64,000 bases of DNA, taken from NCBI GenBank assembly GCA_046538485.1, contig JBKHIT010000003.1, positions 96,001 to 160,000 of the forward strand. Direction: 5' to 3'. The DNA comes from Candidatus Brocadiia bacterium (lineage in GTDB: Bacteria > Planctomycetota > Brocadiia > SM23-32). The translations under genes and the position numbers were made by a program. Positions 1 through 10,411 of this stretch are shown one piece after another (position 1 is the stretch's first letter; every line of letters begins with the position of its first letter). A model generated the notes under the pieces. It was not told the DNA's origin and searched no databases. It saw only the letters and a list, made by a program, of their open reading frames with translations.

Positions 1-2
1 CC

Positions 3-218
3 GACGAACAACAGGGACAGGGGTTGGGCAGCGCCATGATGGCCCACGTTTTTGATCTGGCCCGGCGGGTAATGCGACTGACTGTCGTTTTGCAGGGGGG
101 TGTGCAGGCGAGTAATACTGTTGCGCGGAATTTCTACGCAAAATTCGGCTTCCGAAATGTCGGCATTTTTGAGGCCGCAAACCGGCAAAACTACGATATG
201 ATGGTGGAGTTGCGGTGA
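3..218 (+). CDS. GNAT family N-acetyltransferase, C-terminal part (5' end outside window)
   Basis: Frame open from the window edge; reads DEQQGQGLGSAMM (acetyl-CoA-binding Q/RxxGxG motif) and N..ARNFYAKFGF (GNAT C-terminal motif). Confidence 0.8.
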   Translation, partial: DEQQGQGLGSAMMAHVFDLARRVMRLTVVLQGGVQASNTVARNFYAKFGFRNVGIFEAANRQNYDMMVELR

Positions 219-293
219 TAAAGGACGGATGCCATAGATTCCCATCTGGCTGAGATTTAAAATAAATGAGAGGATACAGGGCTATAGACGAAA

Positions 294-2315
294 ATGGACA
301 TAAACAAAACGGCAGAGACCTTGAGCCAACGGACGGGTTTTCGGAAACAGATTTCGGGCCCTGAACCGGATTCATATTTGACAGAATGGACAGATATGGC
401 GGATAAAGAGCTGGGAAAAACCATCGTTGTCGATACTACCGAAAGTGACCATGCAAAACTACGGCCGGTCCCCGTTTCATCGGTACAATTGAACGACGAA
501 TTCTGGGCACCACGTCTCAGAACCAATCGCGAAGTGACGATACCGGACCAGTTTCGATCAATCGAAGAGAGCGGGCGATTGGATAACCTTCGTCGGGCCG
601 GAGGACTGGCGGACGGTAAATTTGAGGGGATTTATTTCAATGATTCCGATATCTATAAATGGCTGGAAGCCGCCTGCTGGGAATTCGCTCGGGAGCCCGA
701 TGATGAGCTTAAACAGAAGATAGAGCAAACCGTATCGATTATCGAGCAGGCGCAGGAAGACGATGGGTACCTCAACAGTTACTTCACACTTATGTCTCCT
801 GATAAACGTTGGGAAAACTTACGTGACCGGCACGAACTGTATTGCGCAGGACATATGATACAGGCAGCTGTGGCGCATCATCGAGCAACCAGCAGCGACC
901 GAATGCTGAACGTCGCCTGCCGATTCGCGGACCTGATTTGCGATGTGTTTGGTCCTGGAGAGGACCAAAGAAAAGGTGCTGCAGGCCACCCGGAAATTGA
1001 AATGGCATTGGTGGAACTTTACAGAACAACCGGGAATGAACGGTACCTCGAGCAAGCCAGATTCCAGGTGAGTTGCCGGGGGAAAGGAGTCGCGGGCGGC
1101 GATGTCTATCATCAGGATCACATACCGATTGCAGAGATGACACGTATGGTCGGTCACGCGGTTCGGGCCGTATATCTCAATGCGGGTGTTACGGATATTT
1201 ATACTGAAACTGGGGCGGAAAGTTTCATAACGGCGCTGAACAAAATGTGGAAGAACATGGTTACACGGCAGATGTATGTAACCGGTTCCCTCGGGTCGCG
1301 CTATAAAGGTGAGGCATTTGGGCGTGATTATGAGCTGCCCAACGAACGAGCCTATGCGGAATCCTGTGCTGCTATTGCCAGCATTATGTGGAATTGGCGG
1401 ATGCTGATGCTGGAGGGCGATGCGAAATATGCTGAGGTGTTGGAGCGCATCCTCTACAATGGTTTCCTGAGCTCAATTTCACTGGATGGAACTCGCTACT
1501 TCTATCAAAATCCTCTTGCCGACGATGGCACACACCGCCGGCAAGAATGGTTTTCGTGCGCCTGTTGTCCGCCAAACATTGCGAGGATGTTGTCCTCTTT
1601 GCCAGGCTACTTTTACAGCACATCGCAGGACGGAGTTTGGGTCCATCTTTTTGCGGGGAACAGTGCAAATCTGGAATTGCCTGACGGGACCGACGTCAGT
1701 CTGACTCAGCGAACGCGGTATCCCTGGGAGGGACTAATTGAGATCGGGGTGTGCGGAGAGGGCGTTTTCAGCGTTTATGTGCGGATCCCTGAGTGGGCAG
1801 GGAATGAGGCCGAGTTGACGGTCGGCGAGGATCCCAATCCGCGTTACGTAGAGGGTGGGGAATATACGGAGGTCCGGAGAGATTGGTCCGACGGGGCGGT
1901 TATTGCGGTAAATTTGCCCATGAAAGTTTTTCGCGTTGTGAGTCATCCGTACGTTACCCAGAATGTCTGTCGGGTGGCCTTAATGCGAGGGCCTTTTGTT
2001 TACTGTTTTGAACAAGTCGATAATCCCAATATTGATCCTCGCGAGATCGTTCTACCGGGGCCGGGAGGGGTTGTGGAGACCTCTTACGAGGACAAAACAC
2101 TCGACGGGATTGTCATTTTGCGCACTGAAATTGGTTTGGTCCCCGCCGGCGAACTCTGGGAGAATCGCCTGTATCGTCGACGAAACATCTCGGACGGAGA
2201 GGCGACGACGATCGGGCAGGATATGCGGGGCGGTATCGAGATGACAGCGGTGCCTTATTTCGCCTGGGGGAACCGTGAGCCAGGACGTATGCAGGTCTGG
2301 TTGCGATCGAGATGA
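294..2315 (+). CDS. GH127 beta-L-arabinofuranosidase-like glycoside hydrolase (start may be ATG 396)
   Basis: Motifs FNDSDIYKWLEA, HELYCAGH, GHPEIE, GHAVRA, YAESCAA, WFSCACCPPN (Zn/Cys catalytic site) and VPYFAWGNR. No signal peptide evident. Confidence 0.92.
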   Translation: MDINKTAETLSQRTGFRKQISGPEPDSYLTEWTDMADKELGKTIVVDTTESDHAKLRPVPVSSVQLNDEFWAPRLRTNREVTIPDQFRSIEESGRLDNLRRAGGLADGKFEGIYFNDSDIYKWLEAACWEFAREPDDELKQKIEQTVSIIEQAQEDDGYLNSYFTLMSPDKRWENLRDRHELYCAGHMIQAAVAHHRATSSDRMLNVACRFADLICDVFGPGEDQRKGAAGHPEIEMALVELYRTTGNERYLEQARFQVSCRGKGVAGGDVYHQDHIPIAEMTRMVGHAVRAVYLNAGVTDIYTETGAESFITALNKMWKNMVTRQMYVTGSLGSRYKGEAFGRDYELPNERAYAESCAAIASIMWNWRMLMLEGDAKYAEVLERILYNGFLSSISLDGTRYFYQNPLADDGTHRRQEWFSCACCPPNIARMLSSLPGYFYSTSQDGVWVHLFAGNSANLELPDGTDVSLTQRTRYPWEGLIEIGVCGEGVFSVYVRIPEWAGNEAELTVGEDPNPRYVEGGEYTEVRRDWSDGAVIAVNLPMKVFRVVSHPYVTQNVCRVALMRGPFVYCFEQVDNPNIDPREIVLPGPGGVVETSYEDKTLDGIVILRTEIGLVPAGELWENRLYRRRNISDGEATTIGQDMRGGIEMTAVPYFAWGNREPGRMQVWLRSR

Positions 2316-2368
2316 GTTTTTGCTTAAATCCCGAATTAGAATTGTAATAACGAAAGGTTTTGAAATAC

Positions 2369-3685
2369 ATGTCTCTACCGAATATTCTGTATCTCCATTC
2401 TCATGACACGGGTCGTTACATTGAGCCGTTTGGTCACGATATTCCTGCACCTAATTTGAGCCGTCTGGCAAAAGAGGGAGTGTTGTTTCGCCAGCTGCAC
2501 TGTTCTTGTCCAACGTGCTCTCCGAGTCGAGGGGCGATGCTTACCGGCCAGAGCGCGCATTCTTCAGGTATGCTCGGGCTTGCGCACCGCGGATTCAGGC
2601 TTAACGATTACAGCCAACATATTCTGAGCACTTTGCGGGGAGCTGGCTATCACAGCAGTCTGATCGGGGCGCAGCATATCGCCGAGGATGCCGATTCGAT
2701 TGGATACGATGAAATCGTCGATATAGAGCCCGGGGGTGGCGAGGCGATTTGTGAGGGGGCGGAATCATTTTTTGAGAATCCGCCAGAAGAGCCCTTCTTT
2801 GTATCCGTAGGGTATGCGACTACACACAGGAAGTATGCAGAACCCAGCGGGAAGGGCGCCGAGGACCCGCGTTATTGTTGTCCGCCGCCGCCATTGCCAG
2901 ATACACCGGAGACGCGTTATGACATGGCCAGCTACAAAGCTTCAGCGCGAAAACTGGATGCGGAGATGGGGCGGGTCTTGAAAGCTCTCGATCAAAGTGC
3001 CGTAGCAGACGAGACGCTGGTTATCTGCACAACAGACCACGGAATTGCTTTCCCCTATATGAAATGTAACCTGACGGATCACGGGACGGGCGTTTTTATG
3101 ATCATGCGCGGACCGGGCGGCTTTGAGGGTGGCCGTGTGCTGGATTCTTTGCTCAGTCATGTTGACCTTTTCCCCACGCTGTGCGATCTGCTTGAAATTC
3201 AGCCGCCAGATTGGCTGGAAGGCAAATCCTTCATGCCGATCATCCGGGGAGAGACGGAGGAGATCAACGATGCCATCTTCACAGAAGTGACTTTCCACGC
3301 GGCATACGAACCGCAACGAGCAGTGAGAACCCGGCGGTTCAAATACATCCGCCGTTTCGGGGAAATGGCGAACAGAAGGGTTCTGGCTAACTGTGATGGT
3401 GGCCCGAGCAAAAACGTATGGATTGATTCCGGATGGGCCGACAGACCTGTTGATGAGGAACAACTCTACGACCTGACTTTCGATCCTGCAGAGACGAACA
3501 ATCTTGCCGGGGAGGAAGAGATGGGCGAGGTGTTGGATGAAATGCGGGGAAGACTGGATCGCTGGATGGAAGAGACGGACGATCCTTTGCTTGAAGGAGA
3601 GGTGCCGCCGCCTCCGGGAGCCTGTGTCACCCCGCCGGATTCGGTATCCGCGGGGCAAAACGTGCGCACAGTACCGAAGGAATAA
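2369..3685 (+). CDS. Cys-type sulfatase (N-sulfoglucosamine sulfohydrolase-like)
   Basis: PNILYLHSHD, CSPSR (CxPxR formylglycine motif), TTDHG, LYDLTFDPAETNNLA. Confidence 0.92.
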   Translation: MSLPNILYLHSHDTGRYIEPFGHDIPAPNLSRLAKEGVLFRQLHCSCPTCSPSRGAMLTGQSAHSSGMLGLAHRGFRLNDYSQHILSTLRGAGYHSSLIGAQHIAEDADSIGYDEIVDIEPGGGEAICEGAESFFENPPEEPFFVSVGYATTHRKYAEPSGKGAEDPRYCCPPPPLPDTPETRYDMASYKASARKLDAEMGRVLKALDQSAVADETLVICTTDHGIAFPYMKCNLTDHGTGVFMIMRGPGGFEGGRVLDSLLSHVDLFPTLCDLLEIQPPDWLEGKSFMPIIRGETEEINDAIFTEVTFHAAYEPQRAVRTRRFKYIRRFGEMANRRVLANCDGGPSKNVWIDSGWADRPVDEEQLYDLTFDPAETNNLAGEEEMGEVLDEMRGRLDRWMEETDDPLLEGEVPPPPGACVTPPDSVSAGQNVRTVPKE

Positions 3686-3763
3686 GTATCCTCCCGAAAT
3701 TCGCGCGGTTTCTCAGCCGTGTGCCGCCCCCATTTATCGTCGGTCTCTGCAGTTGCTGCCTCG

Positions 3764-5335
3764 TTAATCAATTGTTTTCAAACAATGATCCCAGGGCAGG
3801 GGAGTTTTAGATTTGAGAGCTTGAAATTCCGGGCAGTGAAGCATGAGAGCGCCGGAGGTATTGTTACGGTGGAAACAGCTTACGATTTGAGCGCCCGCGC
3901 CGAGGAGCAGCCGATCGCGGAGCTGCCTGACTCCTTCGTCGTCTTCGACAAGATTCAGGTAATGATCGCAAATTTCATACATATTCCCGGCGGCCCATTG
4001 CGATGTTCGCGTCGGTACGAAAGCTGTTTGCCCGGTTACGGCGCCGTTTGTGCGCGTCAGGAACGTGAAAGCGCTGCGCAGACCTGTTTCAAGCTGAGGC
4101 AAGACTTGTTCCGCCAGGTCATGGCTTTGTTCGCAGAGTGATCGAGCCATTGTCAGCGCGGGCAAGAGCCCGTTGATGATATTGAGATTGCCGCACCAGA
4201 TGTGGCATTTTCCTTCGACCAGGCAGCCGGAATCGTACCAACCCTCATTTGATATGACTTCGCCTGCGAACTCAGCGGCGGTGGAGAGAAGCTTGCCTTG
4301 AGCGTCCGGGCTAAAGAACAGTCCGTGCTCGGCTTTATGGGCGAGACAGTACCAGGTCATACCCGCGAGGATACGTCCGTCGTATACGCGACATTGTCCT
4401 GCGCAACCGGGTTCCAGTGGCAGATCAAGCTGATATCGGAACATTTCTCCGGCCGTGTGGAGTATTTCCCGGGCGTAATCTTTGTTGTCTCCAGGCCCGA
4501 ACCGGAAATAGAAATACATTTGGGCCAGAAACTTCAGCGCGAGAGCGTCCTGTTGTCGTGAATGTCCCAGGGGGGAACGCTCATTTTCGACATCGGAGAC
4601 TGCGGCCAGGCGCCCATCCCCGACCCACATTACGTTTTGGATGGTGTGGATGATTCTGTGCAGAGTTTCTTCGCAATAAGTTGCGCGTTCCGGCTCTCCA
4701 AGGGTGTGATAAACATGGGCGGCGAACAGAAATCCCAATCCGCCATCGTGTTGAAGTTCGGGCCAGGTTTTTTCTTCTGTGACAAATTCGCGGCGGAATT
4801 TAGCGGCGGCCTCATCTGAAAACGGGTCGATGGAAGGAGGGAGCGCGTCTCGATAGCATTTGTAATAGATTCCGTACTGTCTATCGAAGGCGAATTCGGC
4901 TCGTGCGAGGTTGTAGCTTGCTCGTGCATGTTCCGGACTTTCGCCGGGGAAACGGACGTAAACGACGGCGCTGCCGACCTCGTTTTGTGCAAGACTTTGT
5001 TTTTCCACCATAACGTCTACCATGAGATGCCAGCATCCCGGTTCGAGTTTCAGGGTTTTTTGGGGGAGCAGCAGTTGATAGGAGCCGGGACCATTTTCAC
5101 GGAATTGGTCCATAAGGTGGTCGAGTTCATCTATGTTATTACTATAGAGAGCTTTTGTTGTTTCAGAGAAGATTTCGTGGGCGGTAAGAACAAATTCAGC
5201 ATTTTCAGGAAGGTCTGTGTTCCACGTCATTTTTACAGCCATACACAGAGGGGTATGTTCCGTCAGTATTGAGGGAACGAAGTCGGTATGACTGTGTATA
5301 AGTTCGCTCTGGATTTTAAAGCCAGCCGCATTCAT
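3764..5335 (-). CDS. Hypothetical protein (~520 aa; possible N-terminal beta domain plus helical C-terminal domain)
   Basis: Long ORF filling the gap between genes; AGAGG upstream of ATG 5335; no family recognised. Confidence 0.7.
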   Translation of the reverse strand: MNAAGFKIQSELIHSHTDFVPSILTEHTPLCMAVKMTWNTDLPENAEFVLTAHEIFSETTKALYSNNIDELDHLMDQFRENGPGSYQLLLPQKTLKLEPGCWHLMVDVMVEKQSLAQNEVGSAVVYVRFPGESPEHARASYNLARAEFAFDRQYGIYYKCYRDALPPSIDPFSDEAAAKFRREFVTEEKTWPELQHDGGLGFLFAAHVYHTLGEPERATYCEETLHRIIHTIQNVMWVGDGRLAAVSDVENERSPLGHSRQQDALALKFLAQMYFYFRFGPGDNKDYAREILHTAGEMFRYQLDLPLEPGCAGQCRVYDGRILAGMTWYCLAHKAEHGLFFSPDAQGKLLSTAAEFAGEVISNEGWYDSGCLVEGKCHIWCGNLNIINGLLPALTMARSLCEQSHDLAEQVLPQLETGLRSAFTFLTRTNGAVTGQTAFVPTRTSQWAAGNMYEICDHYLNLVEDDEGVRQLRDRLLLGAGAQIVSCFHRNNTSGALMLHCPEFQALKSKTPLPWDHCLKTID

Positions 5336-5544
5336 TGAGTTTCCTCTGGTTTCTGGTAAGAAGCGCCCGGCATGTCGGACTAACACTATGTCGTACCCGA
5401 AAGACTTTTCGGGCGGGCCGGGCTGGAATCAAGGTTACGTTCGGACGTGTTGAGGTTACATATTTTGGGGAGTATGGTCAATTCAGTTAAGTCCTGCCGG
5501 ACCGGATCGTAAGGGTTTGTATTGTTCATTATGGTGGCTCTCAC

Positions 5545-5573
5545 TTGCAAAAAAATCCCTTAGAACGTATAAA
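5545..5573 (+). promoter_or_regulatory. Sigma70-like promoter
   Basis: TTGCAA-17 nt-TATAAA upstream of the CDS at 5660. Confidence 0.5.
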
Positions 5574-5659
5574 CATTATCTCACAATTGACCATAAAGTT
5601 TGTGGATACGGACGCGCGGCACCGATTTCCTATTCGTTCAACCGGTCAGGGGTGCAAGC

Positions 5660-7612
5660 ATGCAGATCCGTGAGCATAAGGACCATTTTTGGGTTGAGTT
5701 TGAGAACGGAATGTCTGTTGAAGTTTTGAGCGATGGTCGCAATTTCGATGGGGTCGGACGGGTAAAATCTGGGCGTCGGCATTTGCGGGGAGAAGATTTG
5801 CCGATTCTCCCTCTTATTACCACCCTGGATGGGTATCAGGTGCGTCATTTTGAAATCGACGATGTAGAAGAAGATGACAAAGTTTTGACCATTACTTTCC
5901 GGCCTTTCATCACGGTATGCGGGCATAGTGAGAGGGAGACAAAAGAAGGGGGGGACTGCTGGCATACTTCCGAATGGAATCAAGAAGCGTTCCACGACCG
6001 GGGAGGGTCGCTGGAATTAGAGTTGAGACCGGTGAATCGGTTGATGGGCCAGATCGAGTTTTCAGGATTTTCCTATTCATATAAATTCCGCTCGCGGAAA
6101 TATTATCCTCACGCCATTCATGATCGGGCTACCTGGGAACTGGATGGTCGCGCGACGGGTAATACTTTGTTCATGCCCTCCGTGGTCCGGGAGCCAAAAA
6201 AGGAAATCCAGAATAAACAGGATGAATTCAGCTCGGTTTCCCGCGACGGAGAAGACATTATCAGTCAGTTCCGTCCTTTTTTCACAGAGCTTGGGGGAAT
6301 GACATTTCAGTGTAATGGGACGAGCCTGCTGGTGACGGCATTTGAAGAGCCCTTCCCATGTCGGACGGTGATTGAGAAGCCGGCCGATGAGAATTATGTT
6401 GTGCACTGGCATCAGCTCAAGGGAATAAAATCGAGGAACGGTGGCGCGATTGATGTCCCGGCGCAAGAGATCCTCTATGCTGAGACAAAAGAAAATCGGG
6501 AAATCGATCGGATGAATCAATACGATGCGGTCCGACGCGAAGTTTCGACGTGGCATCGCGATGCGCTCGGGATAGCCGAGGAGAAGCCGTGTCCGTCCGG
6601 ATCATTGCTTTCTGGATCGCTGGATAGAGAAGAAGTGGTAGAACGCGGGGTCGAAGAATTAGCTGATGCTGGCTGCAAAGAAGTAGTAATTCGGGACCTT
6701 GTTTATTCGGACTCAGACCACGGCTTGCAGCTTGAAGATGATATCAATCGGATAGGCGATATGGCGTCAGATTTGCTCGGTTCAATTGTTGAGGCCATTC
6801 ATCACTGGGGCATGGAAGCCGGTATGGTTCTGCTCCCTGGACTGGAAGATACCACATGCGATTCTGATTCACAGGAGGGGCTGGAGGAATTTCTTAAAGA
6901 ACTGCGAGACGATGTCGAACTGGACTGTATTTACCTGGCAGGGGGCAGCCGGGAACCTTCTTTAGACGATCGTCGGGCGTACGTTAAAAAACTGATCAAA
7001 GCTGTGGAACTTGATCTACAAAAAAAGTTTGTCTCAGTCGCCCAAAAAATTGGGTTTCGATGTGGGACGGCCGGTCTGGGTTGTGGGGGAATCAACTTCC
7101 AGCAAATTCCTTACGAAGCGATCCGGAACCGCGAATTTTTGTATCAGGGCTTGAGTACGGATTTTCCTTATGAGGAAGTCATAGCGGTCGAAGATGATCC
7201 TCATGACGCATATTTCCGCGGTTATGCGAATTATCTTTGCTACAGGGTTGCTTTTGGCAGCCATCACGAAGGAGAACGTCCAGAAATGGATAAGTGGTGG
7301 GATTCATTCCTCGTTTCTGTAAATAGCGCATTTGATGCGGTGCGAGAACACATGGGAAAAGCGCGTTTGCTGGCCGATGACGCGGGTGTATTGTGGTCCG
7401 ATGCTGAAGAACCGAAGGCGATGAAAGTGCTCTGGGCATTTAACAGCTTGAAATGGGACGTGGGACCGGAGGCTGACATTTTTGACGTGATGAGTGGAGA
7501 GCCGATCGAATTAAACATACCCGACGAGGACACCGAAGATCCGGTGGAATTTAAAGCAGAAGCTCGACGAGTCTATTTGGTGCAAAATGCACTGGAGCTG
7601 GAAAGCTATTGA
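5660..7612 (+). CDS. Hypothetical acidic protein, possibly a divergent glycoside-hydrolase-like fold
   Basis: 650 aa ORF; beta-rich N-terminal half and alternating alpha/beta C-terminal half; the function is a guess. Confidence 0.65.
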   Translation: MQIREHKDHFWVEFENGMSVEVLSDGRNFDGVGRVKSGRRHLRGEDLPILPLITTLDGYQVRHFEIDDVEEDDKVLTITFRPFITVCGHSERETKEGGDCWHTSEWNQEAFHDRGGSLELELRPVNRLMGQIEFSGFSYSYKFRSRKYYPHAIHDRATWELDGRATGNTLFMPSVVREPKKEIQNKQDEFSSVSRDGEDIISQFRPFFTELGGMTFQCNGTSLLVTAFEEPFPCRTVIEKPADENYVVHWHQLKGIKSRNGGAIDVPAQEILYAETKENREIDRMNQYDAVRREVSTWHRDALGIAEEKPCPSGSLLSGSLDREEVVERGVEELADAGCKEVVIRDLVYSDSDHGLQLEDDINRIGDMASDLLGSIVEAIHHWGMEAGMVLLPGLEDTTCDSDSQEGLEEFLKELRDDVELDCIYLAGGSREPSLDDRRAYVKKLIKAVELDLQKKFVSVAQKIGFRCGTAGLGCGGINFQQIPYEAIRNREFLYQGLSTDFPYEEVIAVEDDPHDAYFRGYANYLCYRVAFGSHHEGERPEMDKWWDSFLVSVNSAFDAVREHMGKARLLADDAGVLWSDAEEPKAMKVLWAFNSLKWDVGPEADIFDVMSGEPIELNIPDEDTEDPVEFKAEARRVYLVQNALELESY

Positions 7613-7655
7613 GGGACCGGGCGGTATTCTGAGATGTTTTGCACCTTGCCGGGTT

Positions 7656-8366
7656 TCAGTCGACCTCAGAGACGTCATCCCAGTCTGGATATAGATGTTT
7701 CAGCGCCAACCGGGCGGCTGCCTGCTCAGCTTCTTTTTTGCTGCTTCCCTGCCCTCTACCATAGATCTGACTGTCGATTTTTACTTCTGCCTCGAAAAGC
7801 GCATCGTGTGCAGGCCCCGAGGCGTGCTGCGTGCGGTAAGCGGGAGGCGGTTTGCCTTCTCCCTGGGCAAATTCCTGGAGCACAGACTTGTAGTTGAGTT
7901 GTCCGTATTGTTGACGAGCCAGCTCTAATTCCGGTCTCAGGGTTCTTTTCAGAAACGAGCAGGCGGTTTCGAACCCGCCATCGAGGTAAATTGCTGCCAA
8001 GAGGGCTTCATAAGCATTTCCAATTATTGATCCCGGGTAAGGTTTTTGCTTTTTCAGGCCTTTACCGATTCGCAAATATTTGCCCAGACCGAGTCGTCTG
8101 CCCGCGCGGGCCATACTGCTACGACTGGCAGCAATGGATCGAATCTTTGACATCTCTCCCTCGTTGAGACTGTCGGAACTTCGATAAAGGTATTCGGCAA
8201 CAATAATTTCGGCTACGGCGTCCCCGAGAAACTCAAGCCGTTCGTACGATTCTTCGCGGTCTGTAGCAGCTGACGGGTGAGTCAAGGCTTTTTGAAGCAG
8301 AGAGGGATCTTTGAAAATGTAATCGATATCATGCTGCAATTCGCTGGGGGAAACAGCAGGGCTCAT
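7656..8366 (-). CDS. rnc: Ribonuclease III
   Basis: ALTHPS, ERLEFLGDA signature, EALLAAIYLDGG, and a C-terminal dsRBD (YKSVLQE...G.GSSKKEAEQAAA). Confidence 0.97.
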   Translation of the reverse strand: MSPAVSPSELQHDIDYIFKDPSLLQKALTHPSAATDREESYERLEFLGDAVAEIIVAEYLYRSSDSLNEGEMSKIRSIAASRSSMARAGRRLGLGKYLRIGKGLKKQKPYPGSIIGNAYEALLAAIYLDGGFETACSFLKRTLRPELELARQQYGQLNYKSVLQEFAQGEGKPPPAYRTQHASGPAHDALFEAEVKIDSQIYGRGQGSSKKEAEQAAARLALKHLYPDWDDVSEVD

Positions 8367-8390
8367 CGTGTCATTCTCGGGGGCTTTTGA

Positions 8391-9392
8391 TTAACGGGTG
8401 CGTTCTGCCATAAAACGGGCCACTTGCTGGAAAAAAGCACTATCTTTAATCGGGATTGATTCGAGCGTTGCAAAAGCTTCTTCGACAAGCTGATTGGCTT
8501 TTTTTTGGGCAAACTCGATGGAACCGGTGCTACGGTAAACTTCCAGCACGGTTTCCACGTCGTGTGTTTTGGTTTCAGCTCGGGGTTTCCGGATAATTTC
8601 CAGCAGCTTAGCTTTCATTTCGGGCTCGGCAACATTCAGAGAATGTGCGTAAAGGATACTCGGTTTTCCCTCCCGTATGTCATTACCGATCTCCCCACCG
8701 CGTCCTTTGCCTTTGGTCAAATCGATGATGTCGTCGCGAATCTGGAAAGCAGGGCCCATATTGGATCCCAATTCCCTGATGGGTTGAGTTTCTTCCGGCC
8801 TCATCCCAGCGATCAGCGCACCACCGACCATCCCGAGGGCAAGATAGTCGCCGGTTTTCAATTCCACCATTTTTAAATAGTCGCTGACTGTGAAATCTTT
8901 GGAGCCGCGACAGTTAAGGTCAAGGGCTTGACCGGCGCAAGTGTGTTCGTAAGCCCTTGTGAACGCACTAATAAGTTGTCGCAGCTTTGTATCGTCGACG
9001 GGACACCTGAGGATAGCCGAGTAGGCGCGGCCCAGCATGTAATCGCCGACGTTGATAGCATTTCCCTGCCCGAATTGCTTCCAAACTGTTGGTTTGTCCC
9101 GGCGAATCGCATCGCCATCTTCAAGGTCATCATGGATCAGCAACATGTTGTGGAGTAGCTCAACCGCAGCGGCGAATGGGAGAGCGGCATCGGAGTCCCC
9201 GCCCAAATGCTCGCAGCACATCAGGCAGAGGGCCGGCCGGACACGTTTCCCTCCGCTTTCCATATGATGCCAGAAGGGCCTAGAAATGTAATCTTTATCT
9301 CCAGCTGGAAACAACTCGTGCAGGAGAGGATTAATACGGCCACCTGCTTCCGTGAGGCGTTGTTCAAATTCTGCGAGTTGTTTCTCGTCCAT
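8391..9392 (-). CDS. Polyprenyl diphosphate synthase (GGPP synthase-like); ORF extends to 9434
   Basis: GGKRVRP, FARM HDDLEDGDAIRR, GQALDL, KT, SARM FQIRDDIID, GNDIREGK. Confidence 0.93.
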   Translation of the reverse strand: MDEKQLAEFEQRLTEAGGRINPLLHELFPAGDKDYISRPFWHHMESGGKRVRPALCLMCCEHLGGDSDAALPFAAAVELLHNMLLIHDDLEDGDAIRRDKPTVWKQFGQGNAINVGDYMLGRAYSAILRCPVDDTKLRQLISAFTRAYEHTCAGQALDLNCRGSKDFTVSDYLKMVELKTGDYLALGMVGGALIAGMRPEETQPIRELGSNMGPAFQIRDDIIDLTKGKGRGGEIGNDIREGKPSILYAHSLNVAEPEMKAKLLEIIRKPRAETKTHDVETVLEVYRSTGSIEFAQKKANQLVEEAFATLESIPIKDSAFFQQVARFMAERTR

Positions 9393-9551
9393 GTGAAGGC
9401 TTTCAGTTAACAGGGAACTCTCAAACCCCCGCATTTTATCGTACCAGCAGCTGAGCTCATGTCAACATGAGAAGTCTCAAATGTTAAAATGTAGAGGAAC
9501 CGATAAGTTATTCTTTCGGGGGTGGTTACATTCCTGCGAAGATGCTCAAGG

Positions 9552-9580
9552 TTGACATGCCTGCGGCACGTGATTAGGAT
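9552..9580 (+). promoter_or_regulatory. Sigma70 promoter of tRNA-Ser
   Basis: TTGACA (9552-9557)-17 nt-TAGGAT (9575-9580), 11 nt before the tRNA. Confidence 0.75.
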
Positions 9581-9591
9581 AACCCGTCTGC

Positions 9592-9687
<96 letters not shown>

Positions 9688-9752
9688 TTTGAATACGCTG
9701 CCGTGTAGGGTTTACAAAGGCAGATTATTTGAGATATGGGGTGAGGTCCGTC

Positions 9753-10307
9753 TTAAGAGAGTTCCAGCAAGTCCCGTATTTTGTCTTTAAGGCTTACCGT
9801 TGAAACGGGTTTGCCAATAACGTCATGGGCACCTTCAATTTGGGCGCTGGAATCCCCGGCGATTGCCAGTGTGCGAACAGGGCGGAATTCCGTTACTGTG
9901 CGTATGCTCTGGCAGATTTCGGCTGGATCAAGACCGCTGATATCTGTGTTCACCACGACAAAATCCGGCTGGTAGATACCGAGTCGAATCAAACCGGCAT
10001 AGCCACCTGTTGAAGATTCAATCTCAAAATCTTGTTCCATCGGCTCTACCACATTTCTGATCGTTTCGATATCGCTCGGTTTATCTGTGAGCACAAATAC
10101 ATTGAACGTTTCAAAAGCCTTGAGGCGGTCCATCGATATGTCATACTGCTCCATAAATTCTATAAGTGCCTTTCGTGGAATACGCCGGACACCTGTGACA
10201 GGTGATTTAATAACGCCAATCCTACCCGAATCGCAGTAGCGAATAATTGTCATCGGGCTGACCTGGCAAATTTCAGCCGCCTCACCAGTGGTGAAAAGCT
10301 CTTTCAT
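9753..10307 (-). CDS. Excisionase/MerR-like HTH plus atypical receiver-domain regulator
   Basis: N-terminal FTTGEAAEICQVSPMTIIRYCDSG...RRIPR HTH; C-terminal REC-like fold ending in GKP. Confidence 0.85.
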   Translation of the reverse strand: MKELFTTGEAAEICQVSPMTIIRYCDSGRIGVIKSPVTGVRRIPRKALIEFMEQYDISMDRLKAFETFNVFVLTDKPSDIETIRNVVEPMEQDFEIESSTGGYAGLIRLGIYQPDFVVVNTDISGLDPAEICQSIRTVTEFRPVRTLAIAGDSSAQIEGAHDVIGKPVSTVSLKDKIRDLLELS

Positions 10308-10382
10308 TTTCCCGGTACCTGCAAAAAAGTTACAAGAAATTAATTCTATAAAAAGGGTCCCCTTCAGCACTATCTATTAATA

Positions 10383-10411
10383 ATTATTGCAGCTACTGCT
10401 AAAAATGTCAA
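10383..10411 (-). promoter_or_regulatory. Sigma70-like promoter of the HTH-REC gene
   Basis: Minus strand TTGACA-17 nt-AATAAT. Confidence 0.55.
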
